Shown: positions 46,336-62,146, numbered from the stretch's first letter. The stretch: DNA of 64,000 nucleotides from Batkoa obscura (GCA_030770535.1 JASVEC010000010.1:558001-622000), one strand, 5' to 3'. Numbers and translations: made by a program. Notes: generated from the letters alone by a model not told the origin.

Positions 46336-47448
46336 TTGATCAATTTTTTAACATTCAATACTTAGATCCTCGTAAATTAGATGAATGGGTATTTAATGAA
46401 TTATCTCAACATTTAAATGAAACATCCAAAGAAAAGGATTTTAAACAAGAAAAAAACGTAATATTTTTACATATGTTAGGATTAGATACAGCAGGTCATG
46501 GTTATCGACCTAATAATCAAAAATATAAAGACTCAATGATTTATTTGGATCAAAAAATCAAAGAAATTTATCATTTAATTGAAAACTATTATGGAGACAA
46601 TGAAACAGCTTATCTTTTTACTTCAGATCACGGGATGGGGAATTTGGGTAAATATTTTTTGTTTATTTAATATATTAAATATAAAATTAAAAAATGATTG
46701 AAAAAGGTAAATGAATTAATAAAGTATTTCTCTATATTAGGTTCTCATGGTGATGGTCATCCTGACAATACTAGAACTCCTATTGTGGCCTGGGGTAAAG
46801 GTATTAAAAAGAGTCAAATTAATGAAAACGAAATAGAAGAAGAAGAATTTAAATCATGGAAAATTAGTTCCTATTTCAAAAAAAGTTTAAACCAAGCAGA
46901 TATTGCTCCATTAATGGTAAGTCTATTAATTAATAATAAAAATCAATTGTGATTTGATTATGTAAGATTCAATTATTAATACTTTTTTATTAGTCTTCTT
47001 TATTAGGAATTAATTTCCCAATGAATTCAGTAGGTAAATTGCCGTTAGATTATTTAGATGCCAATGATTCTTTTTTAGCTGAAGCTAAATTAGTTAATGT
47101 AAAACAAATTTTACATCAATATATTGTTAAAGAAGGTAAATTAATATCGACAAAATAGATTAAATAATATAATAAATAAATAAAATAGAATTAAAACAAC
47201 AGAATGAACTATTTTATGAAAAGTATCACTTTAGAAGTTATCAAGAACCATCTGAAATTGTGAATAATATACAAAATTTAATTCAACAAGAAAAATATAA
47301 TAAGGCTATCATTGAATCAGATTTGTTTATCGATGAATTATTACAAGCATTAAGATATTTACAAACTTATGATTGGTTATTTTTAAGAACTATTATTACT
47401 TTAGGTTATTTAGGTTGGATTATATTTACATTAATATTTATATTGGAA

Positions 47449-47483
<35 letters not shown>

Positions 47484-49268
47484 AAAGTATAATATGAGCA
47501 ATAATATTAATTATGAAAAAATAATTCATTTAATAAGTATAATTACATTAATTATAATGTATATTATTTTATATAAAAAACAATCCCCCTTATTTTATTT
47601 TGGTTATATATTATTTCCAATTTATTTTTGGAATCAAACTATTATTAATAGAAATAGTTTAATTACTGCAGTTAAAAATATGAAAATTAGTAAATTAATT
47701 CAAGTAGTAATTATTACTTTAGTTTGTTTAGAATTAATGGTAAGTCAATAGTTGATTATTATATACAATAATAATTAAAATGTTATAAAGTATTATGAAT
47801 TTTTAATAAATTTTGTTTTTAATTAGGTATTTTCTTATTTTAAAAGAAGTATATTATCCTTTGGGTTTTTATTATTAGCTATTTTACCATGGTTAAAAAT
47901 CAGTCAAACTCAAGTTCAAAACAGATTATTGTCAATTTGGAGTATTGTTTGTTTAATGAATGCTGTTTTCCCTACATTTTCGGTTGAAAAAGTAGAAGAT
48001 ATTAATTTAGTGTAAGTTTTAACTTTTAATTTTCAAGTTAAAAAATTAATTAATAAATACTTTATTAATTAGTGTTTTTGGTGGATTTATTATTATATTA
48101 ATTGGATTGATTGGTGTTTATTTTGCTAAAGAATTAATACCTTCAGCAGTCATTAGTTTTGAAAGTGATAATAAAAGAAAGCAAAGTGATGAGAGTATTA
48201 AAAACGAAATATTAGAAGTTCGTAAAAGATTATTAATACAAGTAAGATTAGTTTATTATTATTTTGTTACAAAAATAATTTAATTAATATATATTTGTAC
48301 TTATATTTATATTTATCAGATATTGTTTGTAATTATATCAATAATACAAATGTATTTAAGTAGTAATCAATTAAAATTAAGACATCGAAATGAAAATTTA
48401 GTATTAGCTAAATTTGAAGATGTAGGAGATATTGTACCACCTTATTTACATTATTTAGGTTGGTTAATATTATCCATTTCAATTATTTATTTAATTTTAA
48501 TTAATAACATAAAACAACATTATTTATTAAAATTAATATCAATTTTTTTGGCATTTGCACCAAGTTATATTATTTTATCAATATCGTAAGTTATTTCTTT
48601 TTTTTCTGTTTTTTAAAGACTAAATTAATTATTATTTTAGATATGAAATTCTGTTTTATTCTACATTGTTTGGATTATTGTTTACTTGGATTATTATGGA
48701 ACAAATCAACTTTAAAAATAAGCAATTAGTGATAATCAATAATAATAGCAATAACAATAATAATAATAACAATAATAATAATATAAGTATAAATCAATTA
48801 TTTCAAAAATTAAGTTTAAACGAATTAAAACAAAGTTTATTGTTTTTGTTTTTAATCAATGTATCTTTCTTTAGTTGTGGTAATATGGCATCAATCTCTT
48901 CCTTTTCACTTGAAGCAGTTTATCGATTAACGGTTAAATTCAATCCCTTCTTGATGGGCACATTATTAATCTTCAAGATATTAATTCCCTTCTTTTTATT
49001 ATCTTCTACTATAACAATTATTAATCAATTGTTGAATTTAGAACCATTTTCTATCTTCTTATTAAGTTTATCATTAACTGATATAATGACTTTAAATTTT
49101 TTCTTTTTAGTTAAAGATGAAGGTTCTTGGTTGGAAATTGGTACTTCCATTTCTCATTTTATTATTGCTAGTTCTTTTGTTTTGTTTATTACACTTCTTT
49201 ACTTTTTGGCTTACTTACTTACAAAATGGACAATGTTACCTAAGTATAAAAGTTTAAAGATGAAATAA
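45554..49268 (+). CDS. MCD4: GPI ethanolamine phosphate transferase 1 (PIG-N), about 11 exons
   Basis: [106 protein letters not shown]-terminal KxKxK-like ER motif. Confidence 0.96.
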
Positions 49269-49382
49269 AATGAAATAAAATGAAAAAAAAGGATGAAAAA
49301 GAAAAGAAAAGAATAAAAATGAGAAATTAATATTATCACTTTTATTATTATTATTAAATAAATAGTTTAATAGAATTTATTT

Positions 49383-50710
49383 TTATTCTAATTTTTTCAT
49401 TAAATAATCTATTTTATCATTTAAATTTGGTATTTCTTTCAGTAAACAATTTAATTGATTTTGACTTTCATTATAACTTTGAGAATATTTTATAAGTTGA
49501 TTTTCTAATTGATTTTTTTTCAATTGTAATTTTTCAATTTCTTGATATAACTGTTGATTATTATCTACTTCATTTATATTATCATCAGTGACAAGTTCAT
49601 TATTCCTTTTTAATAACTTAATTTTCAATTCTTCTTTTTCTTTTTTTTGTTGTTTCAATAATTCTAATTTATTTTCATAATGTTTTTTCTGTATCTCCAA
49701 CTGAATTTCCAATAATTCCACTTCATCCTCAGAATATTTCCCCTTCTTTCCCATTTGTAATTCCAAATCAATTTCCTTTTCTTTACTACTAGTAGTTACT
49801 CTACCATCATTAATCAATTTTTCATAAATAAAATCCAATAATTGATTATCTTTTAATCTTAATCCGATTGAATGTTGATAATCTTTACAATGGCTACTTG
49901 TATGTTGAAAACAACCTTTAAACCCACAAATTAAGCATAAATATCGTTCTAAATTATCCGTACATGAATGACATGAATCTTTTTTTTCATTTTTAAATTC
50001 TTCTATCACTTGGAAATGCGAATGACGACATAATGGACACCTAATGAGTATTAATTATTAATTTCTTTTTAATTACTCTAAATATATAAATAAAATTCCT
50101 TACTTAGTTTCGTTCCAATTGAGCATACAGTTGGCATGAAATATGTGACCACATGATAAAGTCAATGTTGAAAACTTACTATCTAATATCAGTCTATCTA
50201 AACATACAGCACAATGAGATAGTTCCATTGAGTTATCTGAAAATAAAATTAAATTTTTACTAATACTTAAACTGTTGTTAAATACTTGTTGTTGATAACA
50301 TAATGTGTTAATTTTTTTAAATGAGTTGGAATTATTCTATTTGAGAAATTAATAAGTTAATTAATATATTTAAGTTTTAAATTAAACTAATTTACCTTTA
50401 AATAAAATTCTATATTCGCTTCTTTTTTTAATTCAATGATACAATGAAATTTTTTATCTTGATTTTTTTTATCCAAAATAAATAGCATCTCATTAACATT
50501 TTCCAACTCAATATTACTCTTTTGTAATGTTTCACTGACATTATAATATGTCGGGATATCTTTCCATAATAATAGATTAGAAAATGGTGAAATTAATTGT
50601 TGGTTGGGTGATAAAATGTCTTCCTTTCTTGAATTATTATATTTATAAAATTGATATTCGGATGTAGATTCATTAAAAGAGCCATAGAATATACTATCTT
50701 TATAATTCAT
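49383..50710 (-). CDS. BRAP2/ETP1-like paralog A: degenerate BRAP2 domain, intact RING-H2, degenerate ZnF-UBP, coiled coil (3 exons)
   Basis: Unlisted middle exon ~50104-50336 plus exon 3 give ELSHCAVCLDRL...SCGHIFHANCMLNWNETK|CPLCR, then CHSC...YLCLICGFKGCFQHTSSHC...H and a long coiled coil. Confidence 0.85.
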
Positions 50711-50920
50711 TTTTTTATCAATAATTTAAAAACGTTTAAAATTAATAACGAGTGAAATCTATTTAATATTTTATTCCATTAAATGAACCTGAATTTTGTT
50801 AGTAATTTAACTTTCAAAAAATGCCATGTTTTTTAACAACCAATCAATTTCATCAGAGTGATAGTTAATTTCAATATAAGCTTTTAAAATAATCACATCA
50901 CTTTTATTTCCATTAAAATA

Positions 50921-52562
50921 ATGCATACTATTCAATTCCAATTATCAACGGACTATAAACAAAGGATAAAATCAAACATATTATCTCACTCGTCCAAATC
51001 AACTTTACAAAAAGAACTTCCAACACTATTAGAAACTATAACAAATTGGAAAACAATCCACCCTTCACTAGATATTCCTGATTTACCTTCCTTTTTAAAT
51101 TTACCATTTAATTTATATAATAAGTATTTCAAATTCAACTTAGGTGGATGTTATCTATTCGATTTCAATTTAAGTCATAATATAACTACATCTACAACCC
51201 CTAACCTTAGTCTTAGTGGTATTAATTTTAGTTTTTCACCAGAAAAATCAAAAACATTTATAACAGTAAAAAATTATAATTTAGGCTCCAATACTAGTTT
51301 TCATTTATATAAAGAAAGGAGTGATATATTATTAGATAAATTAGATACAAAAGAGGAATTATTACTTGGTAATGATAATGATAATTTGGTTTCTATTGTT
51401 GGTATACCCAAAGAATATACTTTATTAAAGTTATTGAATTTTTTTGATGCTTATTTAGCAAGTAAAGAATTAAAGAAGATTAATTTATTAATTAGTTATA
51501 AAGAAGATGAAATGAAATTGATATTTAATCTAAATTTTATCAATTTTAATACTGCATTAGAGTTCTATAACCATTTCAATGGTCAACCTTTTGAAAACAA
51601 TCAAGTAAGTTTTATATTCATTTATTATCATAATTTTATATTTACACTTTATATTTTATATTTAGTCATCTTATTGTTTTGTTTTGTTTACTCAGTTTAA
51701 TTTATCCTTATCTACTCAATCTTCCCAATCTTCTTCTAAATATCATTGGGAATTACCTATGTGTATAAATTGTTTATTAAGATTAGATATTCAAGTCACT
51801 GGTTTAAGAGATATACCCAATAATTTAAATAACATTCCTGAAATTCAACATAATTTTCATTGTAAAACATGTAGAATAATCAATCAAGATTTACAATTAA
51901 ATGAAGGCTGTAATACATGTGGATTTCAGCAAGATTCATGGATTTGTATGTTATGTTCTCATATTGGTTGTGGTCGATATTATCAAGCTCATGCTAGAAA
52001 ACATTTCGAAGATACTAAACATACTTTGGCTTTAGAATTAAAAACAAATAGAATTTGGGATTATATTAGTGATAAATATCAACATCGAATTGATGATAAA
52101 GTGGATATTAGTGAGAGTAGAAAAAGTAAGATAGACAGCGTGAAGACGGAGGAAGTACAAAGATTAAGTGAAGAATTATATCGACAAGGTATTGAATTTG
52201 AAAAAGAAATAAGTCAGTTGGAAAAAGATTGTAATGAGTTAGATATTGAAAATCAAGATATTGAAATGGAATATCAATTAAGAGTTAAAGAGAAGAACAA
52301 AACAATCCAAAAAAAAGTGAAAAAAGAAAAAAAATTAATATTCAAAAAAAAAGAATTGGAAGAAAATATTAATGAACAAAGTTTATTATTAAAAAATATA
52401 ATTCAAAATAATTTATCAATACAAAAAGAATTAAAACAAGCAGAATTAAATTATAATGAATTAAAAGATCAATTTCAAGATTTGTCTTTTTTTTTAAATT
52501 CGAAATTAAAGATTCAAAATGATCTTATTGAAGCTGATAATGGCACTTTAATTTTAAAGTAA
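50921..52562 (+). CDS. ETP1: BRAP2/ETP1-like paralog B: BRAP2 domain, broken RING, intact ZnF-UBP, coiled coil (intron 51605-51665)
   Basis: ALEFYNHFNGQPF (BRAP2 domain); ELPMCINCLLRLD...GL...QHNFHCKTCR; CNTC...WICMLCSHIGCGRYYQAHARKHFEDTKH...RIWDY. Confidence 0.85.
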
Positions 52563-52617
52563 TAAAAAGGCAATATTTATTTCGAGTTTAAATTTTTATA
52601 ATTTTACTTGATTCAAA

Positions 52618-54278
<1,661 letters not shown>

Positions 54279-54694
54279 TTGTAATAATTTTTTTTTATGT
54301 AGAAGAAATAACTGAAAATTGAATAATTCGATATTTATAAGAATTTAAAGTGTTACCGAAATGATGAGATCATGCAAAATTTGATTGGTTTCTTTCATTT
54401 TGAAATTTTGAAATTTTGCAATTGTGATATATTTACTAATTTTAGATTTGATAATAAACTCAAAGGATAGAATAAAAACTATAATTCTTATGAATATCAA
54501 ATTATAATAGGTTCAATATCGATTATTTTTGTATATTTAAAAGCGTAGTTTTTGTTATAGATTATCAATATCAAAAAACTATATGTGATTAGTAATCCTA
54601 CTGAGTAAGAATGTACTTAGATGGGGGAGTTTGATTTTGAAGTTGAAAACTAAATTCGAAAATTTGAAAAATGTTCACTATTTTTTAAATATGT

Positions 54695-54791
54695 GGAGAT
54701 GTATTTGTTTAAGAATTTTACTAGCAATCTTTCTACTTGAATAGATAATGTTTAAAAAAAAAGAAAAAAGTAATGAAACTAAAACATTTTC
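54695..54791 (+). mobile_element. ~98-bp MITE copy
   Basis: Perfect TSD ATGT; GGAGATGTATTT...AAAACATTTTC. Confidence 0.82.
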
Positions 54792-55126
54792 ATGTATATG
54801 GTGTAAAGTTTATGACCATTTTAAAATATTTTTTATTATGTATAAATATTTTTGAGGGTTAAATAAATGAAAATTAGTAAACTCAAAAATTAGATCAAAC
54901 TCTAATAGTCTAATAATAATTTTAATAGATTTTTTAAAAGTAGTATTAATTTTTGAATACCATTTTTTGAGCTTGTAAATAGTTACACAAAGTTGAATCA
55001 TTAAAAATAAAAATATTTTAAGTATCTTGAATCAAATCAAATAGAAATTAAATAGTTGACAAAAAAATACATTATTAGCAAAGCTAAAGACTAGCGCTAT
55101 CTTATGCATATAACAGCTCATTATAT

Positions 55127-55231
55127 GGGGATGTATGAGGGTGTTTTTTTGGCTTCATCACTTTTTTCATCTTTCAAGCGCTATTTGAGTAAAAAGTTGT
55201 TAATAAAATTCTTACACAAAAATACATTCTC
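55127..55231 (-). mobile_element. MITE (55137-55231) inserted into the terminus (GGGGATGTAT, 55127) of another copy
   Basis: ATAT-GGGGATGTAT|GAGGGTGTTTTTTTGGCTTCA...AATACATTCTC|ATAT. Confidence 0.8.
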
Positions 55232-55502
55232 ATATGCTTTTTGGGAAAATTTATTTTTATTTAACTTAAAATCAATACTGTAAATTTTTTTTATCACTCT
55301 TCACTGGCAAACTAAAATTATTTTTAAAAAAGATACTGAATCTGCAAAAAATAAATAGTTTAAAGTATCATTCAGTCACCAATAATCCCTAATAAATAGC
55401 TTAAATAATTAAAAAAAACCAATAAATTAATAGAATAAATATTACAAAAGAATACAAAAGAATATTAGTTTATAATCTTTTTACTAACATTAAAAGAACG
55501 GA

Positions 55503-55576
55503 GTTTCCGTGGTGTAGTTGGTTATCACATCTGTCTAACACACAGAAGGTCTCCAGTTCGAATCTGGACGGAAACA
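55503..55576 (+). tRNA. tRNA-Val (AAC)
   Basis: Acceptor GTTTCCG/CGGAAAC, anticodon arm TCTGT-CTAACAC-ACAGA, T-loop GTTCGAATC, TTTTT terminator. Confidence 0.95.
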
Positions 55577-55911
55577 TGATTCCTTTTTCTTCCTTTTAGA
55601 AAAGGATTAGCTCCCAAGTATATCTATAATTTAGTGAAGTATACGCCACAATAGTAATGTTTTGAACGCTCGAAAATTCGATAATAAAAAGTCAATGTAT
55701 CTACTTGACAAACAAAAGAATATTGTCAATAGTGATTTGAGTATTTTAATATATGTCTGATTTAGTATAAAATCCTAACAGCTTGGAGAGATTTTTAACT
55801 CCTAATAGGGACTAAAAATGATAAAATAACCATTTAAACAACCAATGAAATGAAACCTCGTCAATTTTTAAGTTTTCGAAATATTGAACTAAAAAATATC
55901 TTTTATTCAAA

Positions 55912-57420
55912 ATGCAATTCAATGCAAGCATTTATTTGATATTAGTAATATTAATCGGGTTTATTTTAAGTGATAGTGAATATTATGATCGATTAGGGGT
56001 TAAGAGAAGTAGTAGTAAATCAGAAATCAAAAAAGCATACAAAAAATTAAGCAAAAAATATCATCCTGATAAGAATAATAATGATGAACAAGCTAAAGAA
56101 AAATTTGTTAAAATATCAGAAGGTAGTTATTTTTGTTTTATCTTAAATTAGCAACAATAATTCTACTATAATTTTTTAGCTTATGAAGTGTTGGTCGATG
56201 ATGAGTTAAGAAGGAAGTATGATAAATATGGTAAAGAAGGTTTAAAACAAGGTGGTGGCGGAAGTCATCCATTTCAAGACCCGTTTGATTTATTCGAATC
56301 GTAATTTATACTTTTCTAATCAAATCTAAATTAATACTGATATTAATAGTTTCTTTGGCGGTGGCTCTGGGCGTAATTTCGATTAAGAAAAAAAGAATAA
56401 TAATTTAATTAATACATTCATATAGATCATCGTCATAGAGAAAGAAAAGCAGCGCCATTGAAAATGATGCTACAAGTTTCATTAGAGGATTTATATAATG
56501 GAAAAGAATATGAAGTAAGTTGAATTATTTTTGTTATCCATTTTAATATTTATAATTTTATTAGGTAGAAATATCAAAGCAAGTCATTTGTCCTAAATGT
56601 CGCGGTAGCGGAGCCAAAGATAGTAATGATGTAAAGAAATGTGATGCTTGTCAAGGACGTGGAATAAGAATAATAACTCAACAAATAGCGCCAGGATTTA
56701 TACAACAAGTACAAACAACGTAATATTAATTTTTGTAGTATAAATCTATCTTATCTAAAAATACATTATTTAGTTGTGATAAATGTAATGGCAAAGGTAA
56801 AGTTATTAAAGCAAAATGTCCGATTTGTGGTGGTCATAAAGTGATCCGTGATAATGAAATGTTATCCATTGTAGTGGAACGTGGTATGGCAAATGATCAT
56901 GTTATTTTATTAGAAGGTGAATCAGATCAATCACCTGATCATCCTCCAGCCGATATTCAAATAATGCTAAATACTTTGAAACATGAACGATTTGAAAGGA
57001 ATGGTTCTGATCTTCATACCGAGTTTGAAATTCCTTTATTAGATGTAGCTTATTTTTTATTTTCTGTTTATTTTTTATCTAATGTTATTTAAACAGGCTC
57101 TTGTCGGATTCAGCCGTACGCTTATTCATTTAGATAATAGAGAAGTACTTTTAGAGAGAGACCAAGTTACACCATCAGGTAAAATATTATATTTTTAGTT
57201 ATAATAATATTAATCTCATCGATCCAGGATATGTACAATTAATTGAAGATGAAGGTATGCCAACTCATGAGTTACCTTCTGAGAAAGGCAACTTGTATGT
57301 TAAATATAAAGTGATCTATCCAACTGTTTTAGACGATAGTGTTAAAGAAGGTAGACTTAGTTTAAAAAATGAAAAGTAAATTATTAATTGTTTTTAGCTT
57401 TAAGAGAGTTATTAAAATAG
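55912..57420 (+). CDS. SCJ1: ER-luminal type I DnaJ (Scj1/ERdj3-like), multi-exon
   Basis: Signal peptide; J domain with HPD; G/F region including a 23-nt micro-exon (~56350-56372); four CxxCxGxG repeats; C-terminal GEGMP-like motif (DEGMP). Confidence 0.9.
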
Positions 57421-58223
57421 TATATATAAATATCACTTTATATATACCCAAATAAAATAAGATTCTATTAATATTTTTATACTATCATCCCTTTTGTATT
57501 TGTATTTGAATTACGGTATAAAAATACAAGAACTACTTGTTAAAAATAGATATGAAATGGATAAGGTTGGACTTGGCCGTTTTATTTAGTAATTCAAAAG
57601 CTATTGAACATGAATAAATTATTTTTGAAGCAAAACTGTACTCTATTTAATATTCAAAATTTGAATTTTAACAAATATAATTGACAACCTTTTAAAACGA
57701 AATTTTTAATAAACTAGCACTGTTTTTAACAACTATAAAAGATAAAGCTTAATATAATATAGCTTGAGTTAATTTCCAACTTTATCACAAATTAAAAAGA
57801 AGCGTTTATTAAACATTATTGCTATTTACATCTTCATGTTTAGTTATTATATGCTATTTTGAAGTATTAGCGCTACTAAGTATAAAATCGAATTATAGTT
57901 TTTTTTTTAATTTTTACAATATAAAACCTAAGTAACTAAAACAATTATCTAAAATGCTTCATAATCAAAAGGTGGAGCTTCCGTAGTATTGTTGCTAATC
58001 ATACTTGCGCAAGATATACAAAATTTGTATCGCTTCTCTAGAGACTAAAACAGTATATAGACTGCTTAACACTTAGAAAGACTCTGCTTAGAATTTGAAT
58101 AGGAACATATTCATTCTCCTATGTGATTTTTTTAGTCAATTAAAAAAGAACACATAGGCCAAAATTAAAATAAAAATAAAATGGCTAAACTAAAAAGATC
58201 ATTTTTTAAAATAAAACTACATT

Positions 58224-61200
58224 ATGAATATGAATTTTCTTTACAATACCTTTGTGGCTCCAGAGATTGAAGATAGTCAATTGGACTCAAAGGATCAAAT
58301 TACCAAGCTGAAGGCTCAGCTAGAACAAGAATTAAATAAAGGAGAGACGGCCAATATTTTAAATCAGATTAAAAATTTAATTAATAATCACCAAAAAGTA
58401 ATAAAGTTTTGTCAAGGATTTAAGATTATTAATATTTATTTAGGAAATTGGAGATAGCTGTTTAAATAATTTAATTACTAAATTCATCCTCGAAGACGAT
58501 AATGTTTTATTAAGTGACTACTTAGATATATTTTATCATCTATTTGATAACAAGGAAAATAAAACTAACGAGTATTGCTCCTTTTTTTCAAAAGTAAGGT
58601 AGTTAATTTATATAAGATGTAATAACAACATGTGTTTTTAGGAAATCAAAGCGATAGAAAAGATATTTAGTATACTTAATAAAAATGATTTTTATATTAA
58701 ATACAACGGAATCAAAGTATTGCAGCAACTTTACAATTTAAGTGAAGAAACAATGAATCAAATATTGATTAAGAACCCACCATTTATAAACAATTTAATG
58801 GATTTAATTGAAGAGGATAAAGAAATGGTACGAAATGAAATTATAATATTGATTGAGCAAATTATCAAAAATAATCTTGAGCTACAAAAAATATTTGTAT
58901 TTCAGAATTTATATGAAAAAATAATAACTATCATTGAGCAAGAATTTTGTTTTGATGGGGGTATCATTGTATACGATTGTATTTATTTATTGATTCAATT
59001 GTTAAAAGCTAACGTTTCCAATCAGTTATTTTTTATTGAATCGAATTATATTACCAGATTATCAACCATATTAAGTAGTTTATGCGAACAGTATGATCCT
59101 AGTTATTGGCAAGATAGACAAAAAGTGAATAATATTTTAAAATTTATTTATTTAATAAATATATTAATTAATAATCAAAATAATAATACTAATAATAATG
59201 CAGTGCAAACAAAAATATTGAAAAGTGGTATTTTTAATTCAATCTTGTTAATTATCGATATCCCTACTTTGCCAAGGATTTTATTAACTCATTTCTTATC
59301 TCTTTTGGCTGAAATAATTAATAATAATTCATATAACCAAGCTGTTTTTAAACAAACAAATTTCTTAATTGAAGATTCTATTCCAGTACTATTAATCAAC
59401 CATATCCTCAACTTAGCTTTAGAATCAGATGCAGATGAAGCTAGCAAATTAGCATGTATTAATATATTTAAGGTAATATTCAGTTGTTGCATTATTATAT
59501 TATATTTAATCTAAGTTTTCTATAAGGCGTATTTGAGTAATAATATAAATGAAAAATTAAGCTTTGCATTTAAATTAAGAATGTATAATAATAACAGAAG
59601 TCAAAGTAATTTAGTTTCTTTAGTGTAGTATATATTTAAATATTTTTAGATAATGAACATGATAGAAGTATTGGAAATTTATTATTGGATACTATTATTT
59701 ATCAAAATGAACACGAAGAAGAGGATGATGAAGAGGATGATGAAGAGGATGATGAAGACAATGATGGAGGAAAAGAAAATAAACAAAACGGAACAGAAAA
59801 AAACACATTAACTATTAAAAATGTAAATGCGTGGTTCTCGATTATTTTATTAATAGAGATTGTTAAAAATAACTCAGTTTGTAAAGATTTAGTGTTAGAT
59901 GCTAAATTGAATACAGCAACTTATGGTAATTTAAAACTATAAATTAGTAGTAATCTATACTAATTAATATAAGGCTCGATTAATTTTATCCAGTTTATTT
60001 TGAATGAATTAATTGGTATTATCAATAAAATGGAAAATAACGCGAATAGGAGTGTAAAGGATGAAAATGAGTTTGAAGATCCAATTTATTATCATTATTT
60101 ATTATTTCTAGTAGTTATTATTTATGATCATACCTCGTCTATTCAGCGTATTCTAGGTCAAAAAGAGAATATAAATTTAGTAAGCTATTAATAACGTTAT
60201 TTATTATTTTACTTACTAGTTTTTATTTAGTTTATTAAGTTGGCTCAGTTAAATTTTAATTTAACAATTCAGTCTCTTTCTATACTTGTGTTATTATTAA
60301 TTTATCAATTTAATGATAACAGAAATTCATTGATTGAGCCGTAAGCTATTATTTATCATAGATATCAATATAATATTAATATTTTTTAAAGAGAGGAGTA
60401 TAAAAATGAAATTATTAAGCAAATCGGAATCGAAAAGATAAAAAATATCAAACAAATGATTCAATTTATTCGACCAAACCTATCTATCAATGAGTTACTT
60501 AGCAATTACAATTTGGATTCCCCATTTAATATTGTCGATTTTAATATGGACTTAGATCATCATCAGTTTTTGAACAATAATTATGGTAATTATTATATTA
60601 ATATTTATATGTTTGTTTATTTGTTTTGTTAGAATTAGCGCTTACCACATTTTTGGATGACATTAAATTAATACTGCCTAAAAAAAGTAAGCCTTATTCA
60701 ATAATTCAAATTAACTTGATGCTTTAATAACTTATTTTATAGTTGAAATCCAACTTGAAGAATATGAAAAAGAGATTAAAAGCCAAAAACAACAACTCAA
60801 TGATAAGGAGACAGTGATTGAAGCACTAAAGAAACATCTGAATGAACTATCATTAAAAATGAATGAAAAGAAAGAAGAAAAAGAAGAGAAATACAAACAA
60901 AATGAAGGTTTAATATTAAAATTAAATGAAGAATTAAATGAAAAAGAAAAGTTACTAGTAATTAAAAACAAAGAGCTTTTAAATAAAAACTCAATTATAT
61001 CTAATAAAGAAGCTGAGCTTTTGGTCAATAATAATAAATTTAGCGCTTTGCTAAGGGAAAAAGATAATGTTATTGCAAGCAAAGAAAAGATGTTACAAAA
61101 TAAAGACAAAGAGATTAAAGATAAAGAAGTCGAATTAAAGAAATTAGAGTTAGCTTTACAAGAATATACTAAAGTATCGGATTCCGTTGTTTATCTTTAA

Positions 61201-61293
61201 ATCATTACTAATCTTATAATAAAATTATATATTCTCTATTTTAAATTTTAGTTTGAATATATCAAATCTATTTTTTTAAATGTAAATAAGTGA
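58224..61293 (+). CDS. USO1: Uso1/p115-like vesicle tether (armadillo head plus short coiled coil), multi-exon
   Basis: DFYIKYNGIKVL, LMDLIEEDKEMVRNEIIIL, ELQKIFVFQNLYEKI, DGGIIVYDC, LLKANVSNQLFFIE. The 3' end is uncertain (61200 unspliced or 61293 spliced). Confidence 0.82.
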
Positions 61294-61348
61294 AAAACAA
61301 AACTACAAAAAAATAAGACTATATTTTCTATTATGGCTATAATGATGT

Positions 61349-61814
61349 TTAAAAAGGTAGGTTGGAAATTTTACCAGCTGATTCTTTTTCTTTTTCCTAT
61401 TTTTCTAATTAATTCTAATATCTTTGTCTAAGTAAAATTATTACCTGTTTCCATTTATTGACGGTTTTATCCATATTATCAACTGCTGTATCCGTCTTTA
61501 ATTTTCTAATTTATCATTGTTAATTCTCTTATTTGGTCCCTATTAATTTATCATTACCTATCCAAATAATTCTTTTGGTATTTTGTTCCTTCCGGTGTAA
61601 CTCTGACTTCTTTGTTTTGTTTAACAGGTAATCCTAAATCACTTGGATTCATTCCTAATAAATGACATGCTTTTCTTAAATCCGCTTGCTCTCTTAATGA
61701 GTATTTTGGTTTACACCATTTTTCATTGATAAATTGAGGAGTGAAATCAGTGGCTTTAAATTGAGTTGTCTTCAAAAAGTTGATATATTTGCTGTGTAAT
61801 ACGCGTGGCTTCAT
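61349..61814 (-). CDS. MRPL25: Mitochondrial ribosomal protein mL59 (MRP-L25), 3 exons
   Basis: KWCKPKYSLREQADLRKAC...LGLP...PEGTKYQ...|...AVDNMDKTVNKWKQ|EKEKESAGKISNLPF*. Confidence 0.85.
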
Positions 61815-62074
61815 TTTCTTCCTTTTGTTAAAAATTGTTTTTTTTGAATATTAAAAAGTGAAGTTTTGAGAACTAGTTTTGGATTGAAATTTTAATTTGG
61901 GATTTCAATATAATTTCAAACTTATACTATTCTAAAAACCATTTGTGTTAACAGTTTTTGTTTAAGTTAGTATATATATACAATAGAGTAATGTTATATA
62001 TATATTCCTAATGAATAATAAGTAAAGTTTAACAAAAAGTAAATAAGAAGTTTAAAAAAGATCTTCTAATCAAA

Positions 62075-62146
62075 AGGTCATGCCGAGGCTCGAACTCGGA
62101 TTACAAGAATCAGAATCTTGGGTGCTAGCCATTACACTACACGACC
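62075..62146 (-). tRNA. tRNA-Gln (CTG)
   Basis: Reverse complement GGTCGTG...CAAGA-TTCTGAT-TCTTG...GTTCGAG...CATGACC-T, followed by a T-run. Confidence 0.95.

Noticed and set aside
47452..48785. Poly-Asn tracts in MCD4
   Set aside because: AAT slippage is common throughout this AT-rich genome (also in the homeobox gene and introns), so it is not specific.
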